A model generated the notes under the pieces. It did not search any database. It was not told where the DNA came from and was given only the letters and a program-made list of their open reading frames with translations. Shown in pieces: positions 39,445 to 53,111 of a stretch of DNA of 64,000 bases (position 1 is the first letter of the stretch; the number at the start of each line of letters is the position of its first letter). Position numbers and translations under genes: made by a program. Origin of the DNA: Octopus bimaculoides (lineage: Eukaryota); contig NC_068982.1 of the NCBI RefSeq assembly GCF_001194135.2, positions 170,905,726 through 170,969,725 on the forward strand, in the 5' to 3' direction.

Positions 39445-41640
39445 TCATTATTATTCAACATAATGGCCTATATAAAAGATACAAAGGTATTAATACAAGA
39501 CAAATTGGAGTTTTTATGTGGAAACACATTTACTACAAAGACAACTCGATAATATTGAATTTTCATCAATAAAAATTGGCCAAACAAGAAAGAGGTACTC
39601 TACATAAAATATGGCGACTCTGACTCCCTAGGAAACAACATTACAATAGACCGAGAGAGGCCCAGTTTACTCGTAGATTTTATCTGGAACACACAAGATT
39701 CTAAGTCCAGGTAGAAAACCTGTATCATGAAATCCTGGCCATTCCAAAATAACGTAGTCACTCAAATTCCCAGTCACAGTCGCATTGGAGATATGCTTCC
39801 TCGTATCCAACGAATATTTATGTGAAAAATTACGGCCCGGATATTCTGGCTTCGCTGAGGGTAATGACATGTACTGTCGTGAGGTTATTGAGCAGTTGTG
39901 GGGTTCTACGCCCATGGTAACCAATGCGACATGCATTTATATTGCCTATTTTTTGTACACAGCTATGTTAGAAAGAAAGAAGGAAGCCAGAAAAGCTAAC
40001 TCACTTTATTGCTAGTAAGGGAGAGGTATGTCTTTCTCTCACACAGTTTTAGGAGTTTACAAATACAATTCTTTATACAATACTTTCTCGATATCTCCTC
40101 TGAAGTCTCCTATTCCATAGGTATTTCCTTTTGGAATGTGTTGTGTTTTTGTACAATTACGATTTATATATACGTTGGAATTCTATTAATCTAAGTAGTG
40201 TAGTTGTTTTGTGTGATGCTTGTTTGTTGGTGCATGTAATGCATTTGAATTTTATTGCCTGTAATAATGGCTGTGACGTGAAAGACTTTTGTCATCTTAA
40301 AACAGGTTATTCGGACTATTAGTGCGTGTAAAAATTGGCTTTTGCTTGTTCCTGTAATCTCGGACCTTGGTAGCTCTGATAGATACGGTGATGATGATGC
40401 TTATAACAGTACCGGTGTAGCTGCTGTTGGAGAGGAGTTGAATCGTTGTTCAAAAGTATTTTCTCCATATGTTTATGCCTCACATTTCCTTTCATTGGTA
40501 CGTTTTCCTTTCTTTTACTTTTCTTTGTATTAGTCACGTGCTTTTATTTAACGTCCTCATCGTCACCTCTGCTATACAATATATATGCATGGTGAGTGTC
40601 GGAGGGTTAGTTTTATCTTGTTGGTGTATTTGTGGTTGTATTTGAGGCTTTCTTGAGCTGTAGTTCTTGCTGCTCTCTGAAATTCTGTGGCCCGTTCTGG
40701 CGGTGTTTTGTCTATTACTTTTGTTCATGTTGTTGCTATAGATGTTGCTATTGATATCGTAGTTGGTACTGCATTTACTGCTTTCCCTGTAATGGCATTT
40801 GGTGTTATTACTACAGTTGCAGTTCATCTTTGCTTAACCATAACTCTGGTTCAGTTGCAATGAGGTTAAATCCCTCCAACATGGGGCAACGAAAATGTTT
40901 AATGCAATGTCTGATGGAAGGATTTCACTTATTCGGTGTCGGATTGCCCTATCAAATGATGAAGTTTATGCCTCACTCGATATTTCTCGCAATCATATTT
41001 CCAATCTTTCATGTATGACCATTTTCACACATCGTTTTTTCTCTGCACAGACCTATTAAGCGTTGTTCATCTGGCATTCCTTTCAATGTTTCTGGGAATA
41101 TTTCTAATGGAGCAATTTGTAGAAAACATATATGTTCAGCAGTCTATAGGTTTCTATGTCTTTATGCCATAAAATCCTAAATGATACTGTAGCCACTCCT
41201 GCAAAAAATAGGCCTTCCTGGTACTGGTGATTAGAGCGATTACATAAAGGGTAGCTGTAGGGGCGGTGTCCTTAGAGGCAGCAACATTAGTAGACGTTGT
41301 AGTAGTTTAGCTCTCTAAACTCTGGACTTTTGTAATAGTGGTGATGGTAGTGCTTTCTTTGCCATTATCTACTGTTTTATTCAAATATTCTGTTATTTGT
41401 TTCGGCCATTTGTCTTCATTTATATTGGGGCACCGCTTAAAATGGTTATGGCCAAACGAATCGACACCAGGACTTACCCTTTCTAAGCCTAGCACTTTTT
41501 CTATTGAGCTCTTTACCAGAACCGCTATGTTACGGAGACATAAACACAAAAGCATCGGTTGTTAGGCGAGGACTGGAGGACAAACACAGACAGAGACAGA
41601 GATACACGCAGACACACACTACCACAAACACACAAACACG

Positions 41641-41740
<100 letters not shown>

Positions 41741-42929
41741 AGTTGAATAAAGATACATGGTCTGGTTTTCAGGATTTTTGTTATTGTATTTAAAAAATTT
41801 ACAATGTTGAAGTGTTGAAGTGTGTTAAACATTAAAAATATATTTTGTAATGTTCATAAAGTCCAATTAGTGCTTTCATACGTTCGTAGCAAGCATTAGA
41901 TTTTAAAATGTATTGTCGGTGCCTTCTACAAGGTATAAAAATGGAAGAAGTAATTTTACTACAGTTGTCAAACACTCAAATATGATGTTACTACGAACAC
42001 CAGTTGAACTTTATGAACATTACCAAATATGTTTTTAATGAGTGTAAAAAAAAATCTTCAAGATACAATAATAAAAAACGTAAAAACCAGACCATGTTGT
42101 AACTTTATTCAACTGATACACATTTACACAAATTCTGGAATATATATATATATGTATATACGAAAAAGGAAAAGAATGGCTTCAATTGTAGTTCTAACCA
42201 ATTTAATATTTTAATATAATTTTACTGGTTAGTTTATAGATTAGTAAATTCTTTGCTAACTTCGGTGGGGGAGATTTTTTGAAAGTCCTTGTTAACTTTT
42301 TTTGGAGAACTTTCTTACATTCGTCGATGGTGATTGTCAAACTGATCTCAGGTTGTGTTGTGGTGTGTGATTTTATATATAAGAGATTTGGGTATGTCTG
42401 GGGTGGGGTTGAGGTTTGTTAATACGTATGGGAGTGATGGAGCGTTGAAGAACAAGAGTTGGAAAAAAATAGTGAATGATAAAAACAATATAATTGATTA
42501 AGAGTAGATTTTAGGGATGGTGGAGTGTTTAAGGATTGTTTTATAAAGGGCTTGTTCCATTTGAAAATATATTCACTTTGGTGAAAATATAACGGTTAGA
42601 TGTCTTTGAAATTCTTTTCTTATGGCTGAATCAACTTTCTTACTTTCATAAAGGGCAACTTCAGTAATATTTTATGTTAAAGATGAATTTAGGTGTGTGT
42701 CTGGGGTGGGAGGTTAGTTAGGTGTAAGATGCATGTCGTTTGATAGAAATGGGAGGATAGTAATAAAAAGGGGATGATGAAAAGGAGATGCCAGCGGATA
42801 GAATATTATACCATAACAGAAACTTTCCTATCCCGAATGGGAATTCATTTTTAGGACAAGGTCCCACCCATCAAATGAAATAAAAAATGGAAAAACACCA
42901 TTCTTCAACTGACACTTGATGAGGAAAAC

Positions 42930-43450
42930 TTATAGGCATCAAAACTAATCAATGTTTCGGCCAAGAAATTAACACAACAAGAAATCAAACTATAAAAAAA
43001 ATGGACTTAATCTCACACCCACTACGAAAGCAGATCGAACCGAGCCTATAATAGACACAGAATATATTGTGGAAAATCACGTATAGGAGAATTTTTCCAG
43101 AGTGAAGATAACAGGAGGAATAACAAAAAGAACGTTAAACCTCCATTAAATAGATATATATAACTGGAAGAATACATAATATTCCTATGACAATCGGCAT
43201 AGTGAAATATTGCAGAGAAGTAACACAAACCCAATATCAATACAGACCAACTGCTAACGCTAAATACACTACAAAAAGATTCCTCAATAATCATAAAAGT
43301 AGCTGACAAAAGCGGAGAAATCGTCGTCATGGACAAAAAACACTACAAAGATATGGTCCTACAGCAGTTGAATGACGAAGGATTTTACAGGAAAGTCAAC
43401 AAATGCGAAGAAATAAATTCGATGATTCAAGTAGATAAACTGACGACAAA
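42930..43450 (+). mobile_element. Penelope-like retroelement N-terminal/RT-upstream fragment
   Basis: LINVSAKKLTQQEIKL*KNGLNLTPT and LQKDSSIIIKVADKSGEIVVMDKKHYKDMVLQQLND match the PLE INLS..LT..E..LL.KGL.F.P and IIIKPADKG..VV.D...Y motifs. Confidence 0.8.
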
Positions 43451-43460
43451 GTACGTTATA

Positions 43461-43485
43461 AAAGCACCTTATAAAAATAAAACTA

Positions 43486-43490
<5 letters not shown>
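43461..43490 (+). mobile_element. 30-bp 3'-terminal stub of the R4/Dong family at 4399-4819, followed by (AAT)n
   Basis: 29/30 identical to 4790-4819. Confidence 0.85.
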
Positions 43491-43559
<69 letters not shown>

Positions 43560-43624
43560 CGATCATGATGATGATAATGATGATGATGATGATGATAGAG
43601 TGAAATTATTGACATAAAGGCCAG

Positions 43625-44150
43625 GATATTAAACAGGATGCCTCACCCAATTCCGATGTCCATAGGCTCTATCTCCCACGTAAGGAGAGCGGTAAATGCC
43701 TAATCCAATTTGAAACATCCTATAATACGAGCACAATAAGACTCCAAATGTGCATCTAAAGTACCACCGACAGGTGGATACTGCTAGTAGGACAACATGA
43801 AGAGAGTATGAAAGCATCTCAAAGAAGCATACAGAGACGAAAACTTTACCTCCCTGATTATGATGATGACAATGAGGACACATCATCCACTAAGGCAGCG
43901 AAAGCGTTTAAGAGAAAAGTAAATAAATAAAAGGAAAGCTTGAAGGAAATGTCAAGACTGGCAAGAAAAACCGTTGCTTCGGCAATATCCCAATCGAGCT
44001 GGGAAAGTAGATATGAAAGAAAACCATCAGGAGCTGCAGAGCATAGAGCAGAAAACATAGCACACAGAGCAGAAAATATAGCACATTTCTAGGCATATAT
44101 AGTAGAAATGCAGTGAGTCACTCAAGGACCGCACTTTTTGGAACGGTTGT
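43625..44150 (+). mobile_element. R4/Dong-like LINE fragment
   Basis: MPHPNSDVHRLYLPRKESGKCLIQFETSYNTSTIRL, WQEKPLLRQYP, terminal TALFGT. Confidence 0.8.
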
Positions 44151-44689
44151 ACAATACTGATATCACATCAAATTATTTATAGGTTATCCACTTGGAGTCC
44201 GACTCTAATACGCTTGGGGATTAAATAAGTAAATTGACCCAAAGGGAAAGTATTTAATATAAAGAGACAAAAGCTGTAAGAAATTAGTCTTGATATATCA
44301 GATTTGTAACATTTTCATTTAGGAATATGCGTATCCGGTTTATTTTCTGGTGTCACATTCTTTTCCATGAGTTCCCCGACTTATTTGATCATGCATTTTA
44401 ACTTCCGTCATTCTACATTTGTAAAGAGAGAAATTAATGTGAGCTATTAGAAAACATTATAAGTTGTAACTGGAGATAGTGGCAATTGACCTGTTGAGAA
44501 GTGTTTAATTACTGCCAGGTTTTTTTTTTGGGGGGGGGTCCCATTAATAACTCTCAGCATTACGTGCCTGACCTTCTCCACATTTCTGTGAATGGATGGG
44601 GCAGGATATGAGGATCTGATTATATTCTTGTGTTTACATAGGCGTAATTATGGGTGTGTAAATCCACTCACACGCCGATATATGTCTGC

Positions 44690-44862
44690 GGACACGCACA
44701 CACACGCACACGCACACAAGCACACACACACACACACACACACATACATATGTATGTATATATAACTCATGTTCTATTAAGAAGGTTATTCTCAAACATT
44801 ATTACTCCCTCTCTCTCGCACTCTCTCTCGCACTCTCTCTTTATATGTATATATATGTATAG

Positions 44863-44908
<46 letters not shown>

Positions 44909-44935
44909 ACATATATGTGTGGTTGTATATATATA

Positions 44936-44988
<53 letters not shown>

Positions 44989-45132
44989 GCATATATATAT
45001 ATATGCATATACATATATATATATAATATATATATATATACATACATACATATATATCTATATATATATATATAAATATACATATATATGCATATATATA
45101 CACACACACACACACATACAATCACACACACT

Positions 45133-45190
<58 letters not shown>
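44690..45190. repeat. Compound (CA)n-(CT)n-(TG)n-(TA)n-(CA)n microsatellite block
   Basis: Direct reading. Confidence 0.95.
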
Positions 45191-45193
<3 letters not shown>

Positions 45194-46358
45194 TACGGAG
45201 TACAGCACTCAGTTGCTATTCTGGATTTCTAGATTGCTGAGTTTATCTGTATACTTTTTAAAAGCAAATGATGCGGTAAGCACAGGAGACCCCAAACTGT
45301 TTAGGCACCTCATCGACCCCCAGGCATGTCAAGAGAATAAGTAAATAATAAGAATTAAGTAGATGTGCAGTTTCATGGCGTTTATCGAGCCTTTGATTAG
45401 TCCCATCGACTAAGTGTCTCTGAGCAACTGAGATATGTAATAAACTATAGAAATACTGCGTAGAATTTGGAATAATTAAGAATATGTTGATGGGGTTTCG
45501 GCTTTTTTTCTACATTTCACATAGCGACATTTGGGACAAATGAAAATTCTTAGTATCGCACTACTCGAATCGTTTTATTTTAGTTCGTAGTTTGCTTGTA
45601 GAATATTATTTAGCGACAATTCTAAGCTTATATGAAAGTAAACAAAGTGAAAACATCTAATCTAATGATATTCTGTTTCATGAAATAAGACCTCGGTCAT
45701 ATGTTTTTTTTTGCCTTGCAATTCATAAACAATCATAAACTTAGCAATCTTTTTAAACGATACATTCTCACCCAGATTATGCAATTTTTTTTGTCAACTA
45801 TGCAATGTCGCACACTATGAGACATTGTATGCTCACATCACCAAACTTGCGCAATATGCATTTCCACCTTTTTTAACACGTTGAATTGAAACCCCGCAAA
45901 AGTAACTTTCGAATTTAAAAATTGAAGAAACTTATTGAATGCTTCAGAAAATCTTTATCCTACATTACGCTTATGGTAGTGTGAACCAGTTCCCCTCGAA
46001 ATCCAAGTGCAGTTTAATAAATTTCCCCATGAATAAATTGTATTCACTTAGAAAGCTTGAACGATGGATATAATGATTAGAAACTCAAAGTGATCAAGGT
46101 AATAAAAGTTAAGGGGTGACATCTTTGAAGCAGTCAACGCCACTGAAAGGAAAAGATTCCGCAAATGCAACCTGTTTCACATATAGTACTACCTCACTTC
46201 TCCTGAAAGTCATGGAATTTTAGAGAATATTTACATCCAGGAAGATAATAAGAACGTCATTAATTTGATAAACGGTAAGGAATTCTATTGGGTGAAACAG
46301 TTGGATTCTTCATTTCAGTTTCATAAATTAAGAATTACAAAATGAAAAGTACTTTCTA

Positions 46359-47563
46359 TTAGGCTGTCAAGAAAGTTCTTGCGGTTTTTAACCTTTCAAT
46401 TCAGATGCACATATCTCGGCTCAAACTACACTTTATTAATCGAAATAAACACCATCAGAATCAACACACTTTTGCCAACGCGAAACAAGTTTATTTATGC
46501 CAGTAGCGTAAAATTCCTGCGTACTGATGGCGATGAAGTCGTTGAAGGCATGCTTGGCATCATTTTCATTTTTCAAGCATTTCTCACACAAGAAGTTGTC
46601 CAGATGCTTGAAAAAGTAGTAGTCGGTAGGCGAGAGGTTTGGTGAGTATGGCGGATGAGGCAGAGTTTCGTAGCTCAATTCGTTCAACTTCTGGACGTGC
46701 GGCCGAGCGTTGTCGTGGAGAAGAATTGGTCCTTTACTATTGACAAATGCTGGCTGTTGTTTCTTATGTATTTCACCCATTTGCTGACAGTACTTCTCCC
46801 GCGCAATACTTTCGCCTGGATCCAAAAAGCTGTGATGGATGAGACCGGCCGCAGACCACCAAACAGTCACCATGACCTTCTTTTGGTGAAACTTTACTTT
46901 CGGGAAGTGCTGTGGAGCTTCGTCGGCGTTCAACCAATTAGCTGAGCGTCGCCGGTTGTCGTAAAGAACCCACTTTTCATCGCAAGTCACAATCCTGTCG
47001 AGAAACGGGTCATTCTTGTTGCGTAAAAGAAGGGAAGACGACACTTCAAAACGGTGTTTTTTTTTTGTTGTCGCTGAATTCATACGGCACCTATTTATCA
47101 AGTATTTTTGTTTTTCCAATATTTTTCAAGTAGTGGGAAATTGTCGTATACCTTACGTCTAATTGAGAAGCAAGCTCGTTGTCAACATCCGATGGCCGAC
47201 CACTACGCATCTTCAAGACTGTCGTCACCGCTACAAAATTTCTTGAACCACCATTGTGCTTTACGTATATTAGTGGTTCCTGGGACAAACGCATCGTTAA
47301 TATCACGAGCTGTTTCAACAGTTTTTCGGCCTAGCTTCAACTGGAATAAGAAAATTGTGTGAATTTGCTTTTTGTCCATGTTGTATTCAATGTTCAAGAA
47401 AAAAATGGCCTAATTAATCAAAAAGTAAAAGAGTAACACGCTTGGATAGAGCAAAAAACTGGCTTTAAAGCGATATATAAAGTAAGTTAAGGAGAATTAA
47501 TTTGAAAATACATAATTTAAAACCAAAATTTAAAATTTCGCAAGAAATTTCTTGATAACCTAA
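46359..47563 (-). mobile_element. Near full-length mariner transposon (Hsmar1/cecropia-like)
   Basis: TIRs TTAGGCTGTCAAGAAAGTTCTTGCG and TTAGGTTATCAAGAAATTTCTTGCG (22/25), TA on both sides (46357-46358, 47564-47565), 1205 bp, transposase remnant inside. Confidence 0.95.
46436..47397 (-). pseudogene. Mariner DD34D-type transposase pseudogene
   Basis: MDKKQIHTIFLFQLKLG...QWWFKKFCSGDDSLED, RSGRPS, TCDEKW, HDNARPH, HPPYSPNLSPTDY. Frameshifts, a stop in the WVPHE motif, and a second-to-third Asp spacing of 29 instead of 34. Confidence 0.92.
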
Positions 47564-48405
47564 TATAAATCCAGGTTATTTATAGTTGATAATTTTGTAA
47601 CTTCCTACAGTACTAATATCTGAATTGCAGATATCAGAAAATATTTTATAATATATAAAGAAGTCCATATAAGCATTATAATTGGCGCCAACATAAAATT
47701 AGCCAACATTCTTAGCCATCACGCAAGATTTGTCCTGAGGCTAACATCTCGAAATTATAAAAAACAGACACATGCAAAAAAGCAGACCAACCACTCTTCG
47801 TCCATAATCAAATACTTTGCAGTTGACATAAGAGTTCCCAATCTATCTTCTGACAGGAGCCTTTTCAAAATGATTATCCCATATTTTAGCGATACAGTAA
47901 CAAGATGTTACTCTAACGTGAAACTAGTAAACAACAAACACATCCCAAAACGAACACTACCGCCATAGCCATCACTACTCCACCTCACTCTCTCAGTATA
48001 AGAAAACATTGTGGATATAATTTAACTGAATCCGCCGCTTAATCACCGACATATACAGGAACTGTCTCATAGTAAGATCATATTTCTGAACTACAGTGCA
48101 GTATCACAGGATAAAGTAAACATGAACTATTTTTGTGTAAACAACTTTTTCCACATTTCACACTTCAATCTGCAGCAAAGATACAGCTAAGCGATATCTG
48201 CTGAAACCACTCAAGCCACATACACAGAGGCTTGTTCTATTCTAATTCGCTAATATACAGATCAAACAAAGCGAATGCAGTTGGTAAAAATAACAATTAT
48301 GCGGGAGAAGCAACAAATACAGTTTTATAACTATTCTGTAACACAAAATAAAGGGTAAGTGAAGCTCCGTTTTTCTGCCGAAATCTGCTTTATTACAGTA
48401 GAGTT

Positions 48406-48481
48406 CGGTGCAAGTACTTAAGTTAAACGGTGCAAGTACTTAAGTTAAACGGTGCAAGTACTTAAGTTAAACGGTGCAAGT
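48406..48481. repeat. Perfect 22-bp minisatellite, 3.45 copies (CGGTGCAAGTACTTAAGTTAAA)
   Basis: Units start at 48406, 48428, 48450 and 48472 (partial). Confidence 0.97.
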
Positions 48482-49272
48482 GCATAAGGTAAGTGAAAAG
48501 CTGTGATTGTAGGTGGATTGCATGGTCGAATATACAAGTCTGTAATATTTCTAGGTAGACTATTTATACGTAAGGAATTAAGCGCCCACTCCTCCTTTTT
48601 TATCTTCTTCCTGTATACATTTTACTTGTGAGGATGCAATACAATTTTAATCTAATGCATTATACTGCGATATATTTAGCAGACTACAACTTTGTGTGTT
48701 AGAAATATATCTTCCGCATTATTACTGTATTTCTTAAAACAGGTTCAGTAATGCGTGCAAAGAAAATAAGCGAGAGGTTGCCCTTGATAAGTGTTAAGAT
48801 ATTAGTAATTGTTCGGTTAGTTAGGTTAGCTGATCTCATTGTAGTTTCTGAATTGCTAATGGCTTATATATAGAAACAGATGCAGTATATATATATTGAC
48901 TTTTACAATCACATCCGAGACTAATGGGGAAAAGGGAGGAAGTTAGGAACATATTAGATATGTTTCGAATGCTTGCAGCAGGGCAACTTTCGTTGAAAGT
49001 ACCCAAGAGGTAGCATTAAACCATGTGATAGATTAAATCTACCATCCAAGAACAAAAATAATCTTTCCATGAAACTATATATCCTTGTGATCATCAACAC
49101 AATTGCAATAAGGAAATCACTAATGCTGCCTTCATTGTATGGGCGTTGGCCTGTGGTTCTCAGCTTAGTAACTAATAACAAAGCAGCTGTCATATTACTA
49201 TAGTGTCTTTGGCGCCATTGACAGTCAGTCACACCGCTCTCTGCAGTAAGTATGTTCTCTCTTACTGTCACA

Positions 49273-49376
<104 letters not shown>

Positions 49377-49629
49377 CCCAAAAGAATTGTTATTGAAAGA
49401 TTATGTTCTCTATCGTAGCACTTCTGATAAAATCTGTCACAAGATGAGATCCAGTAATCTTCCTGTTGTTTTTCTGCTTTAGAAATCGTTGTATTTGAAT
49501 TATGGTAAACAAAGTAACAGTTCCATTAGTGTCACGTGGTTTCCATTTGGTCAATTACCATCGTTAGGAGCGATTGATTAACCAAAAATTATTAGGGCTA
49601 CTAATAGTTGTTTCTAATCAACGCATAAG

Positions 49630-49830
49630 AAAACAAATTCCAGAAGACGGATTAGTCCAATGTATCGACACAAGCATTTGAATTATTTTATCTGACATCG
49701 TAAGGCTTAAAGGCAAAGTTAATCTCGGTGCGATTTGATCATAGAACGTAAAGGGTCAGAGCAAATACTACATAGCATGTTTTGTCTGACGTTTTAATGA
49801 TTCTGACAATCCACTGCTCTGAGGATACTT
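49630..49830 (-). mobile_element. Old tRNA-derived SINE copy (Deu/Nin-like family)
   Basis: AAAGGCAAAGTTAATCTCGGTGCGATTTGATCATAGAACGTAAAG resembles the family in reverse complement. Confidence 0.65.
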
Positions 49831-51490
49831 AATAACAAAACATCGATTTCTCATTTTGACACAAAAGCTCAATACCCAGAAGACGCAATAAAACCGTATG
49901 ACACTATTTCAAATGCAGATATTATTGGTATATTCTTGAATACCACTGAGCAATGTAAGTCAAATGCATTCCTATAGGAATTTCAGCATATATCACACTT
50001 TTGAATTCTTAAACACTCATGCTATCCTTTCTGTCTTTTCATTGCCCTAAGAAAGAAAAATACCACAGAAAGGTCTTTCTTACAGAATGATCAACCAAGT
50101 GGCCCTCAAATCTCGACCAAATATCCCTTATTCGGAAGACAGTTGATATAATATTTTCAAGTAGAGAATACCTGACAACTAAAAAGAAAAGGCAAGATTG
50201 AATCACGAAACTTCCGATAACAGATTTCGTGTAATCCTTTACACACCAAGAGCAAAGGAATTTCCTAACAGCAGCATGAAAGACAAAAGCTGAATATAAA
50301 ATAAAATGTTTTGCCTGACTTGCTAGAAATTGAAGTCAAGACTTACCTGAATAGCGCCCCCAGAGTTCTAAGAAGTTCACAATGCACTAGGTAATATAAT
50401 TCTAAATACATGTTTTCTGAAAAATGATTGCTGAATATAAATGCAATATTCTTTTGCGTTCGGGTGGGTCATTATGCCAACATGCCGTTTCTATTTCATT
50501 TTTTAAATCATTTGTTTGTCAATTGGTTGTTAACTATTTAATCAATTAACAAGTCATTTGTTTGACTAATCGTTCGGCCAATCAATCAACCAGTTCAGTT
50601 GGTTAAATAGTTAATCAATTGAAAAATAAATAATAAAGCTGTGAAAACGAATTGGCAGAATGCCTCTCAGGAAATGCAACAAAATATGTTTGAACACACG
50701 AATTTACATCAAGAATCTTACAAACATGATAAATAGAAAAAAAAAAGGAAGAAGTGCAGTACTTTTGATCTTAGGTTTCTTTATTTAAGGCTGAGATGGG
50801 CTTATTTTCATCAACGGTCCTAAATTATCGCAAAAGGAAATCTAATTTCTTCATGTAGTAAATGCTTAAGTAACAAGATCTTCTCAGAATAATACAAAAT
50901 TAGAAAAATATGTTCACTACTGAGAGCTGACAATGTATGGTGATTATTATTACACATTTTTTGTTAATGCTCTAATACAAGAATTTATTATCTTCCTAGC
51001 GTTACTTATACAATGCTGTGTTAGTCACTATATATGTGGATACATAAACGTATATATATATATATATATATTTCTGAAGCCAATGTCGGTTTTAAATAGT
51101 GGCAGCATCATTGTACTTTTCTTTCGTCAATCGAGGATAAGCTTCGTTTATAGAAACATTACATCAGTGCTTTTTTTTCTTTTTTGTATCTTTGATATCG
51201 AAAAGGTAGTGTGAAGTAAGTTGCTTAAGGATACAATAGACCACCTATTAATTTCAATGATAATGCTATTTAACGAAAAGGAAAGCGAATCAATCACTTC
51301 CTTGAGATCAAATAGAAGTGAGGAGAAGAAGGAAATGACAGTAGAAGACGTACAAAGATGACAAAAATAACAATTAAACTAAGAAAAAGAACAAATGAAG
51401 ACGGCAGCAAAAGAAAAAGGACAATGAAAGTGGTTATGACCAAGAATAACAGTAGAAACTAACAATTACCATCAATAAAAAATCGCTTGC

Positions 51491-51551
<61 letters not shown>

Positions 51552-51753
51552 CATGCACACACATATACACATACACGTATTTGTATATGCACACGTACAC
51601 ACGTACACCCAGACAAATACACATATGTTTAAATATTCTTAGCAGAACTAAAAACAGAAAGTCAATACGAAGCTGCAAATATAAGTTTGCATATTGCATC
51701 TTCATCAGCAGTCTTATAGCAAGAACATTATCAGCCTGCAATGCTTCAGTTGC

Positions 51754-51792
<39 letters not shown>

Positions 51793-53111
51793 AACAAAGA
51801 AACACTGCAAGAAACAAGAGCAACGAGAAAATTAACAAGAACCTTCAAGATTAATAATAGCAACAATTATGTTGTGAAAAAAATAAAAGGACACAACAGA
51901 AAAGTGACGAGTGAGATAAAAAGGATTATGCTGAGTATCAAAGCGTAGATACGTGTGCAGTAATGATGCTGTAATTTTTCAGAGAAGTTACCTAATGACG
52001 CCTATGGTAACGATGCTTGCCGATGACTCCAACACAACGACGGTGATGACGTTGAAAACAATGCTGAATATGAACGTGACAAAAATCAAGATGGTGATGA
52101 TTATGATGACGAAGATGAATGTTATGTGGGTATTCTTGTGGATGGCAGCGGTGAAGATTTTGATAGTGGTGATAATTGTGCTGGTTGTTGTGTTGTCGAT
52201 GATGTTAACAGTGATGATGAGGATAATATTGTGCTATGGGTATTGTTTGTTACGTTGGCGAACGTTTCAAACACCAGAATTGTATGCAGTTTGTCGTAAT
52301 AAACGAATTATATATATATATATNNNNNNNNNNNNNNNNNNNNNNNNNNNNNNNNNNNNNNNNNNNNNNNNNNNNNNNNNNNNNNNNNNNNNNNNNNNNN
52401 NNNNNNNNNNNNNNNNNNNNNNNNNNNNNNNNNNNNNNNNNNNNNNNNNNNNNNNNNNNNNNNNNNNNNNNNNNNNNNNNNNNNNNNNNNNNNNNNNNNN
52501 NNNNNNNNNNNNNNNNNNNNNNNNNNNNNNNNNNNNNNNNNNNNNNNNNNNNNNNNNNNNNNNNNNNNNNNNNNNNNNNNNNNNNNNNNNNNNNNNNNNN
52601 NNNNNNNNNNNNNNNNNNNNNNNNNNNNNNNNNNNNNNNNNNNNNNNNNNNNNNNNNNNNNNNNNNNNNNNNNNNNNNNNNNNNNNNNNNNNNNNNNNNN
52701 NNNNNNNNNNNNNNNNNNNNNNNNNNNNNNNNNNNNNNNNNNNNNNNNNNNNNNNNNNNNNNNNNNNNNNNNNNNNNNNNNNNNNNNNNNNNNNNNNNNN
52801 NNNNNNNNNNNNNNNNNNNNNNNNNNNNNNNNNNNNNNNNNNNNNNNNNNNNNNNNNNNNNNNNNNNNNNNNNNNNNNNNNNNNNNNNNNNNNNNNNNNN
52901 NNNNNNNNNNNNNNNNNNNNNNNNNNNNNNNNNNNNNNNNNNNNNNNNNNNNNNNNNNNNNNNNNNNNNNNNNNNNNNNNNNNNNNNNNNNNNNNNNNNN
53001 NNNNNNNNNNNNNNNNNNNNNNNNNNNNNNNNNNNNNNNNNNNNNNNNNNNNNNNNNNNNNNNNNNNNNNNNNNNNNNNNNNNNNNNNNNNNNNNNNNNN
53101 NNNNNNNNNNN

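Noticed and set aside
41420-41500. Zinc-knuckle-like peptide FGHNHFKRCP in ORF 41307-41555
   Set aside because: The DNA shares AATGGTTATGGCCA (41441-41454) with the non-coding LINE 3' tail at 15862-15875, so a repeat tail is more likely.
48406-48481. CRISPR-like repeat array
   Set aside because: Units are contiguous with no spacers, no cas genes, eukaryotic context.
51960-52260. Asp/Glu-rich or Met/Val-rich reading frames
   Set aside because: Consistent with a decayed (GAT)n-type trinucleotide tract; no splice or homology support.
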